The position numbers and the translations under genes were made by a program. From assembly GCA_965203265.1 (NCBI GenBank), contig CBDBBV010000002.1:1554773-1618772 (forward strand): DNA of 64,000 bases, given 5' to 3'. This DNA is from Candidatus Poriferihabitaceae bacterium. GTDB lineage: Bacteria; Pseudomonadota; Gammaproteobacteria; Arenicellales; Poriferihabitantaceae. This document shows, piece by piece, positions 52,101 through 59,838 of this stretch; positions within the stretch are counted from its first letter, which is position 1, and every line of letters starts with the position of its first letter. The notes below the pieces were generated by a model. The model worked only from the letters and a program-made list of their open reading frames with translations, searched no databases and had not been told where the DNA came from.

Positions 52101-52582
52101 ATATTCAATTGACCGCTTCTAGTCCCAGAATTGTTGTCGTATATGCCCGTAAAATGATAATTCGTGCCGCCAACCGTGAAACTGTTGTTCGTCAACTTGG
52201 AGTCGCAGTCCGATTTAAGGTTGCAACCCAAAAGCTCTGTGTTCACCGTTCCCACCGTAAACGTCGCCGACCACACGGTGGTGGTCTGAGCGGAAGCGGG
52301 AACAGCCAGCAGGGAGAACACGCCCGCCAACAAGACGATGACAAGGCGGCGGATGGATGATTTCCGCCCAACTTTCGAGGAATGAACTTGGCGGAAAAAC
52401 GGCAGGCGTACAGAGCGGCTCGCCGAGTCGAATGTTAGCTTAGAAGGGGGGGGGGGGGGGGGGGGGGGGGGGATTATGTTCAGATCGGCATTCACATTCG
52501 CACCAGCGGCGAGAACGGCCGAGGCGGTGCGGGCGTGGGTGGCGGCAGTGGTGGATCGGATGATTCGGGTATGGATGTTCAT
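49163..52582 (-). CDS. autotransporter outer-membrane protein with Calx-beta and cadherin-like passenger repeats
   Basis: Strong SD (GGAGGAA, 7 nt, ATG at 52582). The hydrophobic signal segment is LVIVLLAGVFSLLAVPASA. The passenger has two Calx-beta-like and two cadherin-like beta-sandwich repeats. The C-terminal beta-barrel of about 300 aa has alternating aromatic residues and ends in ...LLKGEARF. Confidence 0.8.
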   Translation of the reverse strand: MNIHTRIIRSTTAATHARTASAVLAAGANVNADLNIIPPPPPPPPPSKLTFDSASRSVRLPFFRQVHSSKVGRKSSIRRLVIVLLAGVFSLLAVPASAQTTTVWSATFTVGTVNTELLGCNLKSDCDSKLTNNSFTVGGTNYHFTGIYDNNSGTRSGQLNILINALPNTALKALKFCVGSTEFSLSGAAGIFIAWPNANLPWATGNTISLSIGSSCPTATTPTVNLSAAPNPVPEGSSVTITATLSAALTSNVRIPLTITRGSAEAADIGSLAAITISSGQTSATGSLSTNQDTDEQDETLTVALGTLPSSVTAGTDNSVAITITDDDKPAPTDLTALTAQRATSSAGPFTALALNPATFSHTTTAYSASVTNAVTHLILTPTAAQSGATIRVGKSGNLNSVASGVDSSAIPLSVGANPILVEVTASGGAKNTYTVSITRAAPSGSGQSDNADLSALTAKSSTDGSTFTTLALTPSFSASTTAYRAPVGNEVTHAILTPTTAHNAASIKVGKSGSLTAVNSGSDSSAISLAEGGNAIVVEVTAEDGSTTNYRVSITRAAIPTTLTLAASPTDIPEGRESVVTATLNRPAPSGGSVVTLTIDASGNTAATEGVDYSLTTKTFTIAAGRHSETVTLTTIADEVDDDGETITISATSTNPSLRTERALVLTIVSQIQSERLHETALPEVARAVASRVTGAISTRVGRALNGSGSGGVSASLGGQSSLAGVLQTHAPGLVNDNIPLRDLLDGSDFVLPFHTREEGGGLRKTSLWGSGEYRNLSGENDGVDFDGSLYGAQIGVDHKVRENLLAGVALSWSEGELEYEDTSESGGASGVSKGDYEIDLLAIHPYFGWRSGQRHWWATAGYGTGEVEITPQDGESSSNDVTLQSVSLGGSGLLWSRDDASVRLKGEIARTDLEVEKTAQVAAMTVETTLIRFAAEASSSRHLSGGGHLSPSISLGLRHDGGDGVDGNTSTGAEFHGSVRYANPKTGWNAETSAHTLLGRSDYEEWGIQASLRLSPSAGGHGLSFEMSPGYGNHGGDGNTGQIWSNGLRETTPTTHDPSGRLEMNLGYGLSTPGERDGLLTPWSGLTLQDNGKLYRIGLDWSSGGQFTLRLHGERREHGNERADADHAILLKGEARF
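52446..52472. repeat. 27-nt homopolymer (G27 on plus, C27 in the coding sense) inside the autotransporter 5' coding region
   Basis: Counted directly. The run of G spans 52446-52472 and encodes nine consecutive prolines at codons 37-45. Confidence 0.95.
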
Positions 52583-52773
52583 GGTTTCATTCCTCCAAGT
52601 GGATTGCGGCGGCCGGATGACTCGGCGGTCAATTTCACGGTGAAGGGGCAGATTATAACCATTTTGCGCAGATTGGCAACCCCTTGTACGATGCCAATAC
52701 ATTCCGCCTCCGGATGGTTTTCCGCGATGAGCCGCGCCGCCTCGGTTGATCGCAGGCGCCGTCGGTAGCCAAA

Positions 52774-53916
52774 TCAGCGGTAGCCGGTCATTTCGAGATA
52801 CCCCCGGCCGATCACCCGCCCCGCCTCGCGCACCACCACCATGCCCTCCCAATAGCGCACGGCGAGGGCCATTTCCTGAGCGTCGAGTACCGCCTCCACC
52901 CGCCAGCGGCGCTTCAGGGGTGCGATTTCCAGCTCCCACGCCACCGGGTAGTCGACGCCGCCGGAGTTGCGCCACCAGCGTAGCGGGGTGAGGGCGACAT
53001 CGCCCGCGCGCAGGGTTTCGGGCGGCAAATCGGCGAAGCGGATGCTGCCGGCGCTGTGGGGGTCGGTGTGGCCGGCGTGGTCGCGCAGTCGGTAGAACAT
53101 GAGGTCGACGCCGTCTTGCAGTTGCAGGGCGAACCAGTCCCATCCGGCCTGCTGCGGCGCCAATGCGCTGCTGCTCCATTCGCGGTCGAACCACGATAAA
53201 CCGGATACCGCTTGCGCCTGCCCACCGCCGAGGCGCAGGGTGCCGTGGGTGGCGAGGCGGCTGATGGAGTAGTAGTAGGAGGCGTTGCCGGATTCGGCGC
53301 TCTTGCGGCTGAGGCCGTCTTCGCCCTGCAGAGTCGGCGGCACTTGCGGCCTCAGAGTCAGGTCCAGGTCGAAATCATCGGTGCGCGCGCGCAGGCGCCA
53401 CGGGCAACCGGCGCAGGGCGCGGCTACTTGCCAATCGCCCAGCCACAGTTTGAACGGCGATGGAGGCGAGGCGGCGCCGGCCAGCCCCATCGCTTCGCGG
53501 GCGAAACGTTCGTGGGCGAAGTGTTGCCGCCGGTGGGGGTCGGTCAGGGCGACATGCGCCATCCACACCTGATGCGCCGCCCAGCGGGAAGGACGCCCGC
53601 GAATCGCCGTGGCCGGAGGCGTCAGGGCAATGCGGAAGAAGGTCGCCTGAAAGCCGTAACGCTGCCCTTCCTCGGTGGCCACATTGCCGTTGAAATGCCA
53701 CCATTCGTTGCGGAAGCCGTCATGGGGGGCGTGATCTCGCGGGAAGGCGAAGTCCCGCGGCTTTTCGGCACGGAGAAAGGCCGGATGCACGCTGCCGCCG
53801 AGAGCCTGCTGCAACGGCACCGACGGCGGCTGATCGTCCGGCGAACAGGCCGCCAGTAGGCATATCAGCGCCACGCAGGCGGCGGAGGCGGAGGCGGGCA
53901 GGCGCATGGCGGTCAT
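52774..53916 (-). CDS. lipocalin-like / carotenoid 1,2-hydratase (CrtC, AttH-like) lipoprotein
   Basis: Lipobox LICLLAAC. Motifs HDGFRNEWWHFNGNV...GFQATFFR. The start ATG at 53916 overlaps the upstream permease stop (ATGA). Confidence 0.75.
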   Translation of the reverse strand: MTAMRLPASASAACVALICLLAACSPDDQPPSVPLQQALGGSVHPAFLRAEKPRDFAFPRDHAPHDGFRNEWWHFNGNVATEEGQRYGFQATFFRIALTPPATAIRGRPSRWAAHQVWMAHVALTDPHRRQHFAHERFAREAMGLAGAASPPSPFKLWLGDWQVAAPCAGCPWRLRARTDDFDLDLTLRPQVPPTLQGEDGLSRKSAESGNASYYYSISRLATHGTLRLGGGQAQAVSGLSWFDREWSSSALAPQQAGWDWFALQLQDGVDLMFYRLRDHAGHTDPHSAGSIRFADLPPETLRAGDVALTPLRWWRNSGGVDYPVAWELEIAPLKRRWRVEAVLDAQEMALAVRYWEGMVVVREAGRVIGRGYLEMTGYR

Positions 53917-56498
53917 TCCTCGCGCAGCGCGGCGGCCGGATTGGCGCGCGCCATGCGCCAGCCCGGATAGATGCCGGCCAGCAGGGCGGCGCCCACGGCC
54001 AGCCCCAGCGCCTCGAAATACACTTGCAGCGCCGGCTGGGCATCGAGGGTCCAGCCGAAGGAGCGCGGGTTGACCAGATGCAGCAGTATTTGCCCGATCA
54101 GATAGCCCAGAGGGAGCGCCAGCAGGCCGGCGAACAGGCCCATCAGGCCGGTTTGCAGGGTGGTCATCGCGAACAGGCCGAGACGGGTGAGGCCAGTGGC
54201 GCGCAGCACCGCGTTTTCTCTGGCGCGCTCGAGTTGCAGCGCCAGTAGCGCCGAGAGGATGCCGACGAAGGCGACGAGGACGACCAGCAGGCGCAGCACT
54301 TGGGTGATGGTGAAGGTGCGGTCGAATACGGCGAGGGAATATCGTTGAATTTCCCGATTGGCGCGGACGCGAATGCGCGCGTCCTGTTGCGCCGCCAACG
54401 ACTCGATGCGGCGCGTCAACTGTTGTGGGCGCGCCGATTCGCGGAAATACACGCCGATGGTGGAGATGTCGGCGTCTCGCCACAGGCGCGCGTATACCTG
54501 CCGATCCATCACCACCAGCCCGCGTTGGGAGCCGTAGTCGCGGAACACGCCGCCGACGGTGAAACTGCGCGCGCCGTCGGCGCTCCACAATTCCAGCGAA
54601 TCCCCCACCGACAATTTGCGGCGGAAACCCAGCGGTTCGGAGATCAACACCGCCTCGCCCCGATGAAATTCGCGCCACCTATCCGCTGCCGCCGCCGCCG
54701 CAGATTCGCCCTGAAAGCGGAAGCTGCGGTAGCTCGCCGGTGCCATGTCCAAAGCGAGCAAATCCACCGGGCCGGCGGCGGATTCGACCTCCACCCGGCG
54801 GCCAGTGCTGAGGGCGGCGATGCCGTCCATCCCGCGCAATTCTTCCAGCAGGGCGGCGGGCAGGGGCGTGGCCGCCCGCCGGGAGGTGCCGGCGGGGATG
54901 GAGATGTATAGGTCGCCCGGCAGCGATCGTGCCAGCCAGCCGGCCACCGTGCCGCGAAAGCCGTCCACCATGACGCCCATGCCGATGGTCGCCGCTACCG
55001 CCACAGCGAGGGCGGAAATGGCCAAGCCGGTGCGACTCAAACCGGCGGCGATGCCGCGCGCGGCGAGGGCTCCGGTGGGGCCAATGGCGAAGGCGCGGGC
55101 GAGGGGCGGTGTGCACAGCCGCGACAACCCCAAAACCGGCAACGGCACCACGAGACAGTAGCCGATGATGAGACAGAACAATCCGGCGAATGCGAGCCAC
55201 AGGGCGTTCCCCGGCAACTGGGGCAACTGGAGCAACTGGGGCAACTGAGCCAACTGGACAAATGCCGCCGCGAGCAACATGGCGGCGCCACCGGCCAGAG
55301 CCAAGCGAGGCAGCATGGCGTGGGTGCGCCGTTCGCGCGCGGAGCGCCTGACGGCGGCCTGCGGCGAGGCGCGCGCCGCTTCGATGGCCGGCACGAGGGC
55401 GGCGATCAGGGTGACGAGCAACCCCAGAGCGAGGCCCTTGAGGAGCAAATGCGGCTGGATGAGTAGGGTGCTGACTTGGGTGGCGAAATACAGGTCGTTG
55501 ACGGTGCGCGCCACCAGTTTGATCAGGCCCTGGCCGAGCCACATTCCCGCCAGCAGTCCCAGAGCAGTGCCGCATGCGCCGAGGGCGAGGGCCTCCGAGA
55601 TGATGCGGGCGAACAACTGCAAGCGGGTGGCGCCGATCATGCGTAGGAGGCCGAGTAGACGGCGGCGTTGCAGCACCGAGAAGCCAATAGCGTTGGCGAT
55701 GAGAAAGCCGCCCACCAGTAGCGCCAACAGGCTCATGGCGGAAACATTGGCGTGGAACGAACTGCTCAACTCGGCCACGGCGCGATTGCGGGTTTGCGGG
55801 ACGACCAAACGCAGGTTCGCAGGCAACAGCGCGGCGACTTGTTGGTGGGTGCGTTCGTCTAGGATCAGGTCGATGCGGTCGAGATGGCCGATTCGCCCGA
55901 GTAATTCCTGAGCGGAGGCGATGTCGGCGAGTAGCAGGCCGTTCAGCGCTTGGGCGTTGTTGCCGTTGCCGCTGTCGAGCAGGCCGACTAGGTGGATGGT
56001 GTTCTCCACACCGGCGGCGCGCGCGACCACCGAATCGCCCACGGACAATCCCATCCGGCGGGCATCGGCGGCGGCCATCAATACCGAGTTCGGGCGGGTC
56101 AGCAGTTCGCCCGCCATCGGCGTGCCCAGCAACGGCGTCCACGGGCGAAAGGGCGCTTCCGCCAGCGGGTCGATTCCGAGCAGGCGGTAGGCCCCCCCAT
56201 GCAGCCGCAACACGCCCTCCACCACCGGCGCCGCCTGCGATACGCCGTGTTCGCGGCGCAGGGCGGCGTAGAATCTTTCGTCCACGCCGTGAGGCCGAGC
56301 GCCGCCGATGATGCGGTGGGTGGCGTGGCCGGTGATTTGCGCCAGGGACAGGTCGAATGCGCGGCGCACGCTCTGGTTGGCCAAATCCACGGCGGTTACC
56401 ACGGCGACGCCGAGGGCGATGCCGACAATCGCCAGCGAGGTCTGCCAGCGCTGCCGCGCCAAACGGCGCATCAGGGCGCGGCTGAGCGGATCTACCAT
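53913..56498 (-). CDS. ABC transporter permease with two FtsX-type domains (MacB-like)
   Basis: 861 aa with a duplicated 4-TM FtsX architecture and large periplasmic loops. It overlaps the ATPase gene by 7 nt. Confidence 0.85.
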   Translation of the reverse strand: MVDPLSRALMRRLARQRWQTSLAIVGIALGVAVVTAVDLANQSVRRAFDLSLAQITGHATHRIIGGARPHGVDERFYAALRREHGVSQAAPVVEGVLRLHGGAYRLLGIDPLAEAPFRPWTPLLGTPMAGELLTRPNSVLMAAADARRMGLSVGDSVVARAAGVENTIHLVGLLDSGNGNNAQALNGLLLADIASAQELLGRIGHLDRIDLILDERTHQQVAALLPANLRLVVPQTRNRAVAELSSSFHANVSAMSLLALLVGGFLIANAIGFSVLQRRRLLGLLRMIGATRLQLFARIISEALALGACGTALGLLAGMWLGQGLIKLVARTVNDLYFATQVSTLLIQPHLLLKGLALGLLVTLIAALVPAIEAARASPQAAVRRSARERRTHAMLPRLALAGGAAMLLAAAFVQLAQLPQLLQLPQLPGNALWLAFAGLFCLIIGYCLVVPLPVLGLSRLCTPPLARAFAIGPTGALAARGIAAGLSRTGLAISALAVAVAATIGMGVMVDGFRGTVAGWLARSLPGDLYISIPAGTSRRAATPLPAALLEELRGMDGIAALSTGRRVEVESAAGPVDLLALDMAPASYRSFRFQGESAAAAAADRWREFHRGEAVLISEPLGFRRKLSVGDSLELWSADGARSFTVGGVFRDYGSQRGLVVMDRQVYARLWRDADISTIGVYFRESARPQQLTRRIESLAAQQDARIRVRANREIQRYSLAVFDRTFTITQVLRLLVVLVAFVGILSALLALQLERARENAVLRATGLTRLGLFAMTTLQTGLMGLFAGLLALPLGYLIGQILLHLVNPRSFGWTLDAQPALQVYFEALGLAVGAALLAGIYPGWRMARANPAAALREE
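55213..55257. repeat. in-frame 9-bp tandem repeat (GGCAACTGG-like, 5 copies) inside the FtsX permease gene
   Basis: Read directly. It encodes QLAQLPQLLQLPQLPG. Confidence 0.8.
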
Positions 56499-57208
56499 TT
56501 GAAGTCGCCGGCGGCGGCGCGCACCTGCCCGCCTTCCAGCACGACCACGCGGTCGGCGGCGCGCGCCACTTCGAGGCTGTGGGTTACGATGAGGAGGGTC
56601 TGGCGGGTGTCGCCGCTCAGCCCGCCCGGCTCGCTCAGCCCGGTCAACAGGTCGAGGACGCGGCGCCCGGACTCGGCGTCCAGATTGCCGGTCGGCTCAT
56701 CGGCCAGCACCAGCGCCGGACGGTGCGCCAGCGCGCGGGCGACGGCGACCCGCTGTTGTTCGCCGCCGGACAGTTGGTCGGGATAGTCGCCGCCGCGCTC
56801 CGCCAACCCCACCGCCGCCAGCATGGCGCGGGTGCGCTCGGCGACGGTGGCGCGCGGCGTGCCCACGAGTTGTAGCGGCAAGGCGATGTTTTCGGCGACG
56901 CTGAGAGTGTCGATGAGGTTGAAAAATTGGTAGACGAAACCGATGTGGCGGCGGCGGAAGAGGGTGCGTTCGGGTTCGCGGAGGTGGGTGAGATTCGCAC
57001 CGTCCATTTCGATTTCGCCGCCGTCCGCTTGGTCGATGCCGGCGATGAGGTTCAGCAGGGTGGACTTGCCGCTGCCGCTTCGCCCGAGAAGCGCCAACCG
57101 CTCGCCGCGCCGGAGTTCGAGGTGGGCGCCGCTGAGCACATTCCGGCGGAGATCGCCTTCGTGGAAGGAGCGGGTCAGGGCGCGGGCGGTGAGCAGTATT
57201 TCGGTCAT
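56492..57208 (-). CDS. ABC transporter ATP-binding protein (LolD/MacB-type)
   Basis: Walker A GRSGSGKST, signature LSGGEQQR and Walker B LVLADEPT. It uses the internal start at 57208. Confidence 0.9.
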   Translation of the reverse strand: MTEILLTARALTRSFHEGDLRRNVLSGAHLELRRGERLALLGRSGSGKSTLLNLIAGIDQADGGEIEMDGANLTHLREPERTLFRRRHIGFVYQFFNLIDTLSVAENIALPLQLVGTPRATVAERTRAMLAAVGLAERGGDYPDQLSGGEQQRVAVARALAHRPALVLADEPTGNLDAESGRRVLDLLTGLSEPGGLSGDTRQTLLIVTHSLEVARAADRVVVLEGGQVRAAAGDFKW

Positions 57209-57311
57209 GGCGTGATTGGTGGCCTTCGGGGGGCTATTTGAACACAAACCGCCGGAGCCGGGCGGGTGGCGCGGTGCTATACTGCCGAGTCGTTATCAAC
57301 CGGTGATCATC

Positions 57312-57614
57312 ATGCCGCCCGGAACAGTGCACTGCGTCATATTGCGGCGGGAAGCCGAAGCCCTTGATTCGCCCCCTTATCCGGGGGAATTGGGGCAGCG
57401 CATCTTCGAGAATGTGTCGAAACAGGGCTGGACCCTGTGGCTACAGCGGCTGACCGCCATCATCAACGAAAACGGCCTGAACACCTCCGACCCGCGCACG
57501 CTGGAATTGGTGGAGAAACATATGAACGGGTTCTTTTTCGGCGAGGGGGAACACGGCTACGGCCAACTGCCGGCGGGTTTTCACGCCGCCCACGCCGCCG
57601 GCGAGGAGCGATAG
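57312..57614 (+). CDS. yggX: oxidative damage protection / Fe(2+)-trafficking protein (YggX family)
   Basis: [52 protein letters not shown] matches the YggX pattern. It uses the internal start at 57312. Confidence 0.8.
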   Translation: MPPGTVHCVILRREAEALDSPPYPGELGQRIFENVSKQGWTLWLQRLTAIINENGLNTSDPRTLELVEKHMNGFFFGEGEHGYGQLPAGFHAAHAAGEER

Positions 57615-57617
57615 CGG

Positions 57618-57923
57618 ATGGGCGGGGATACGGAATTCGAGAACGAACCCGCGCGCGGGCGAGGCGGCGGGTGGTCCAGGGCGCGGGTTTTCGCGCTGGG
57701 ATTTCTGATCGGCTTCGTGCCCCTGCCGTTGGGTATGCTCATCGCCGGTTTCCTGCCGGGAATACGCGCGGCAACCGACATTCTCGTAGTGCCCGGCGTG
57801 ATCCTCTCCCTGCCCTTCCTCAACCTCGTTGCCAGCCCGGTGTGGGCCATCGGGTGCATCGCCGTATTCAACGGCGTCGCCTACGGGCTTGTTGCCTTGT
57901 TGATTCGCAGATGGCGGAGGTAG
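57618..57923 (+). CDS. hypothetical small membrane protein
   Basis: 101 aa with three hydrophobic segments. It starts 4 nt after the yggX stop. No family was recognised. Confidence 0.4.
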   Translation: MGGDTEFENEPARGRGGGWSRARVFALGFLIGFVPLPLGMLIAGFLPGIRAATDILVVPGVILSLPFLNLVASPVWAIGCIAVFNGVAYGLVALLIRRWRR

Positions 57924-57928
57924 GCAGT

Positions 57929-58609
57929 ATGAGTGTGGCGGCAACGGCCAGAAAATCGCCAGACGGGGTCGCTACTAGCGATTTGATATGTAGCGCGATC
58001 ACCGGCCAAAACGAAACTCTGTTTCCGCAAGTACTTGCACTCCATGTTCAGGACGGTGCCCTCGTTGCGGATGTAACCTACGGGAAGGGCGTTTTCTGGA
58101 AGAAGGTTCCCGAGGACAAATATCAAGTGCTGCCCACCGATATAAGCATGGGCGTCGACTGCCGTGATTTGCCATATTCAGATGAATCGATTGATTGCGT
58201 GGTGCTGGATCCACCCTACATGGAAGGGTTGTTTCGGCCGAAAAAAGACAGCATGGCGGGTAACGGCAACTATGCCGCATTTCGCAAAAACTACTCGAAC
58301 GGCGACACTTACCACGGCGAGCCGAAATATCATGATGCCGTTTTAGACTTGTATTTTTCCGCTGGCCGGGAAGCGTTGCGCGTTCTCAAGCCGAAAGGTG
58401 TGTTTATCGTCAAATGCCAAGATCAGGTGAGCGCGAATATACAGAACCTTACACACGTCTCACTGATCAACGAATACGCCCGATATGGTTTTTACGCCAA
58501 AGATCTTTTTGTGCTGGTACGAGCCAACAGACCATCGGTGAGTCGCATTCTCAAGCAAGTACACGCACGCAAGAATCATTCCTACTTTCTCGTTTTCATC
58601 AAGAAATAG
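57929..58609 (+). CDS. DNA methyltransferase (DPPY-type, N6A/N4C) with no intact partner nuclease
   Basis: An AdoMet-like motif [12 protein letters not shown] is followed by the catalytic VVLDPPY. GC is lower than the flanks. The start is 57929 or 57911, both in frame. Confidence 0.75.
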   Translation: MSVAATARKSPDGVATSDLICSAITGQNETLFPQVLALHVQDGALVADVTYGKGVFWKKVPEDKYQVLPTDISMGVDCRDLPYSDESIDCVVLDPPYMEGLFRPKKDSMAGNGNYAAFRKNYSNGDTYHGEPKYHDAVLDLYFSAGREALRVLKPKGVFIVKCQDQVSANIQNLTHVSLINEYARYGFYAKDLFVLVRANRPSVSRILKQVHARKNHSYFLVFIKK

Positions 58610-58611
58610 CA

Positions 58612-58734
58612 GTGGGCATTCTCGACGATTGGGGAATCACCATAGACGATTTAAACATCGTTTTGAGTGAGCGCCCGGCTATTCGCGGCATCCTCGTCGG
58701 CTTTCTAGCCGAGTACAAGCCCCCAACGAAATGA
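58612..58734 (+). pseudogene. 40-codon remnant ORF after the methylase, possibly the N-terminus of a lost restriction endonuclease
   Basis: GTG at 58612 lies 3 nt after the methylase stop and encodes VGILDDWGITIDDLNIVLSERPAIRGILVGFLAEYKPPTK. It ends where high-GC DNA and the GATase gene begin (ATGA overlap at 58731-58734). The functional assignment is an inference. Confidence 0.3.
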
Positions 58735-59432
58735 AAAACCGCATCGTCCTCGTCGATCACCACGAAAATCCGCCGGATGATCGGGTGTCCACCCATCTGG
58801 CGGCGCTCGGCTACGACCTCGACTGGCGCCGTCCGGTGAACGGCGACCAACTCGGCGAACCCGCCGGCGATGTGGCCGGATCGGTGTTGTTCGGCGGCTT
58901 GCACAATGTGGATGAAATGGATGAACACCCGTTCCTGCACGATGAAATTGCTTGGATTCACGCCTGCCTCGCCCGCGATGTGCCGCTGCTCGGCATCTGC
59001 CTCGGCGCCCAGTTGATCGCCCACGCCCTCGGCGCGAAGGTCGCACAAATGGCCGGTGGGCAATGCGAATTCGGCTATTATCCCATCACCCCGACCGCCG
59101 AGGGGCGCCGATGGATGCCGCAGCCGCTACATGTTACCCAAGCCCACTTCCAACAATTCGACCTACCGAGCGGGGCAACCCTGCTGGCAACCGGCGAAAA
59201 CTGCGTCAATCAGGCGTTCCGCTACGGCGAGAATATCTATGCGTTGCAATTTCATCCCGAGGTTACGCTGGGAATTCTGCGGCGCTGGCAGGATGAGATC
59301 GGAGATGATTTCAACGCGCCCGGAGCGCAGACGCGGGAGGAGCAAAACGCGCTGGCGGCTCGCCATGATGCGCGTCAGCATGACTGGTTTGTGGGGTTTT
59401 TGGGGCGGTTGTTCGGGCGAGATAGCGGCTGA
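58731..59432 (+). CDS. class I glutamine amidotransferase (GuaA-N-like)
   Basis: A nucleophile elbow (PLLGICLGAQL) and a HPE triad region (ALQFHPEV). Confidence 0.8.
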   Translation: MKNRIVLVDHHENPPDDRVSTHLAALGYDLDWRRPVNGDQLGEPAGDVAGSVLFGGLHNVDEMDEHPFLHDEIAWIHACLARDVPLLGICLGAQLIAHALGAKVAQMAGGQCEFGYYPITPTAEGRRWMPQPLHVTQAHFQQFDLPSGATLLATGENCVNQAFRYGENIYALQFHPEVTLGILRRWQDEIGDDFNAPGAQTREEQNALAARHDARQHDWFVGFLGRLFGRDSG

Positions 59433-59721
59433 AAACGCTTGTGGGTGGGATTGGGTTACGCCGACACCGCCTGAAGCGGGAAACTTGATTGGAGGGAGCA
59501 AGCGTTCCGGCAACGCGGAAACCGGATTCTGGTTGCCGCTCCCGATGTTGCAGATGGTAGAGCCGGTAATGACGGCGCCCGCCGGCCACTTGGACCCAAG
59601 GCGGGCGCCGCCTGCACCGCACGCTCCGCGCGAGGCGCGGTGCGCTCGACATGGCCGACCCTGGACAGCCCTTGCACACTCCCCGCGCCCGTAGGCGCGA
59701 GAACTCCGGCGGCGGGCCGTG

Positions 59722-59832
59722 CTGGCAACGCGGAAACCCACATTATTGTTCCGGTTTCCGGTGGTGTTCCTGTTGCGGTTGGCGGAGCGGAGATTCCGCG
59801 GATTGTTGTTCCACGAACCGCCCCGCAACACC
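59722..59832 (-). repeat. DGR template repeat (TR), 111 nt
   Basis: It matches the VR (61475-61585) at 98 of 111 positions. 12 of the 13 mismatches are at TR adenines on the minus strand. Asn codons AAC/AAT are abundant. It begins 6 nt after the RT stop. Confidence 0.9.
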
Positions 59833-59838
59833 CGGCGT

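Noticed and set aside
52583-53194. An upstream extension of the autotransporter ORF (the 1343-aa version).
   Set aside because: The extension overlaps the AttH-like gene in another frame and has Arg/Pro-rich nonsense composition. A strong SD precedes the ATG at 52582.
57437-57928. The upstream part of a 390-aa ORF that reads through yggX and the small membrane gene into the methyltransferase.
   Set aside because: The composition is shadow-ORF-like. The methyltransferase motifs begin only after the in-frame ATGs at 57911 and 57929, where GC drops.
59163-59831. A 222-aa minus-strand ORF beginning MLRGGSWNNNPRNLRSANRNRNTTGNRNNNVGFRVAS.
   Set aside because: Its N-terminus is the DGR template repeat read in the VR frame. 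The rest is low-complexity sequence and overlaps the convergent GATase gene. It is interpreted as non-coding TR RNA, not a CDS.
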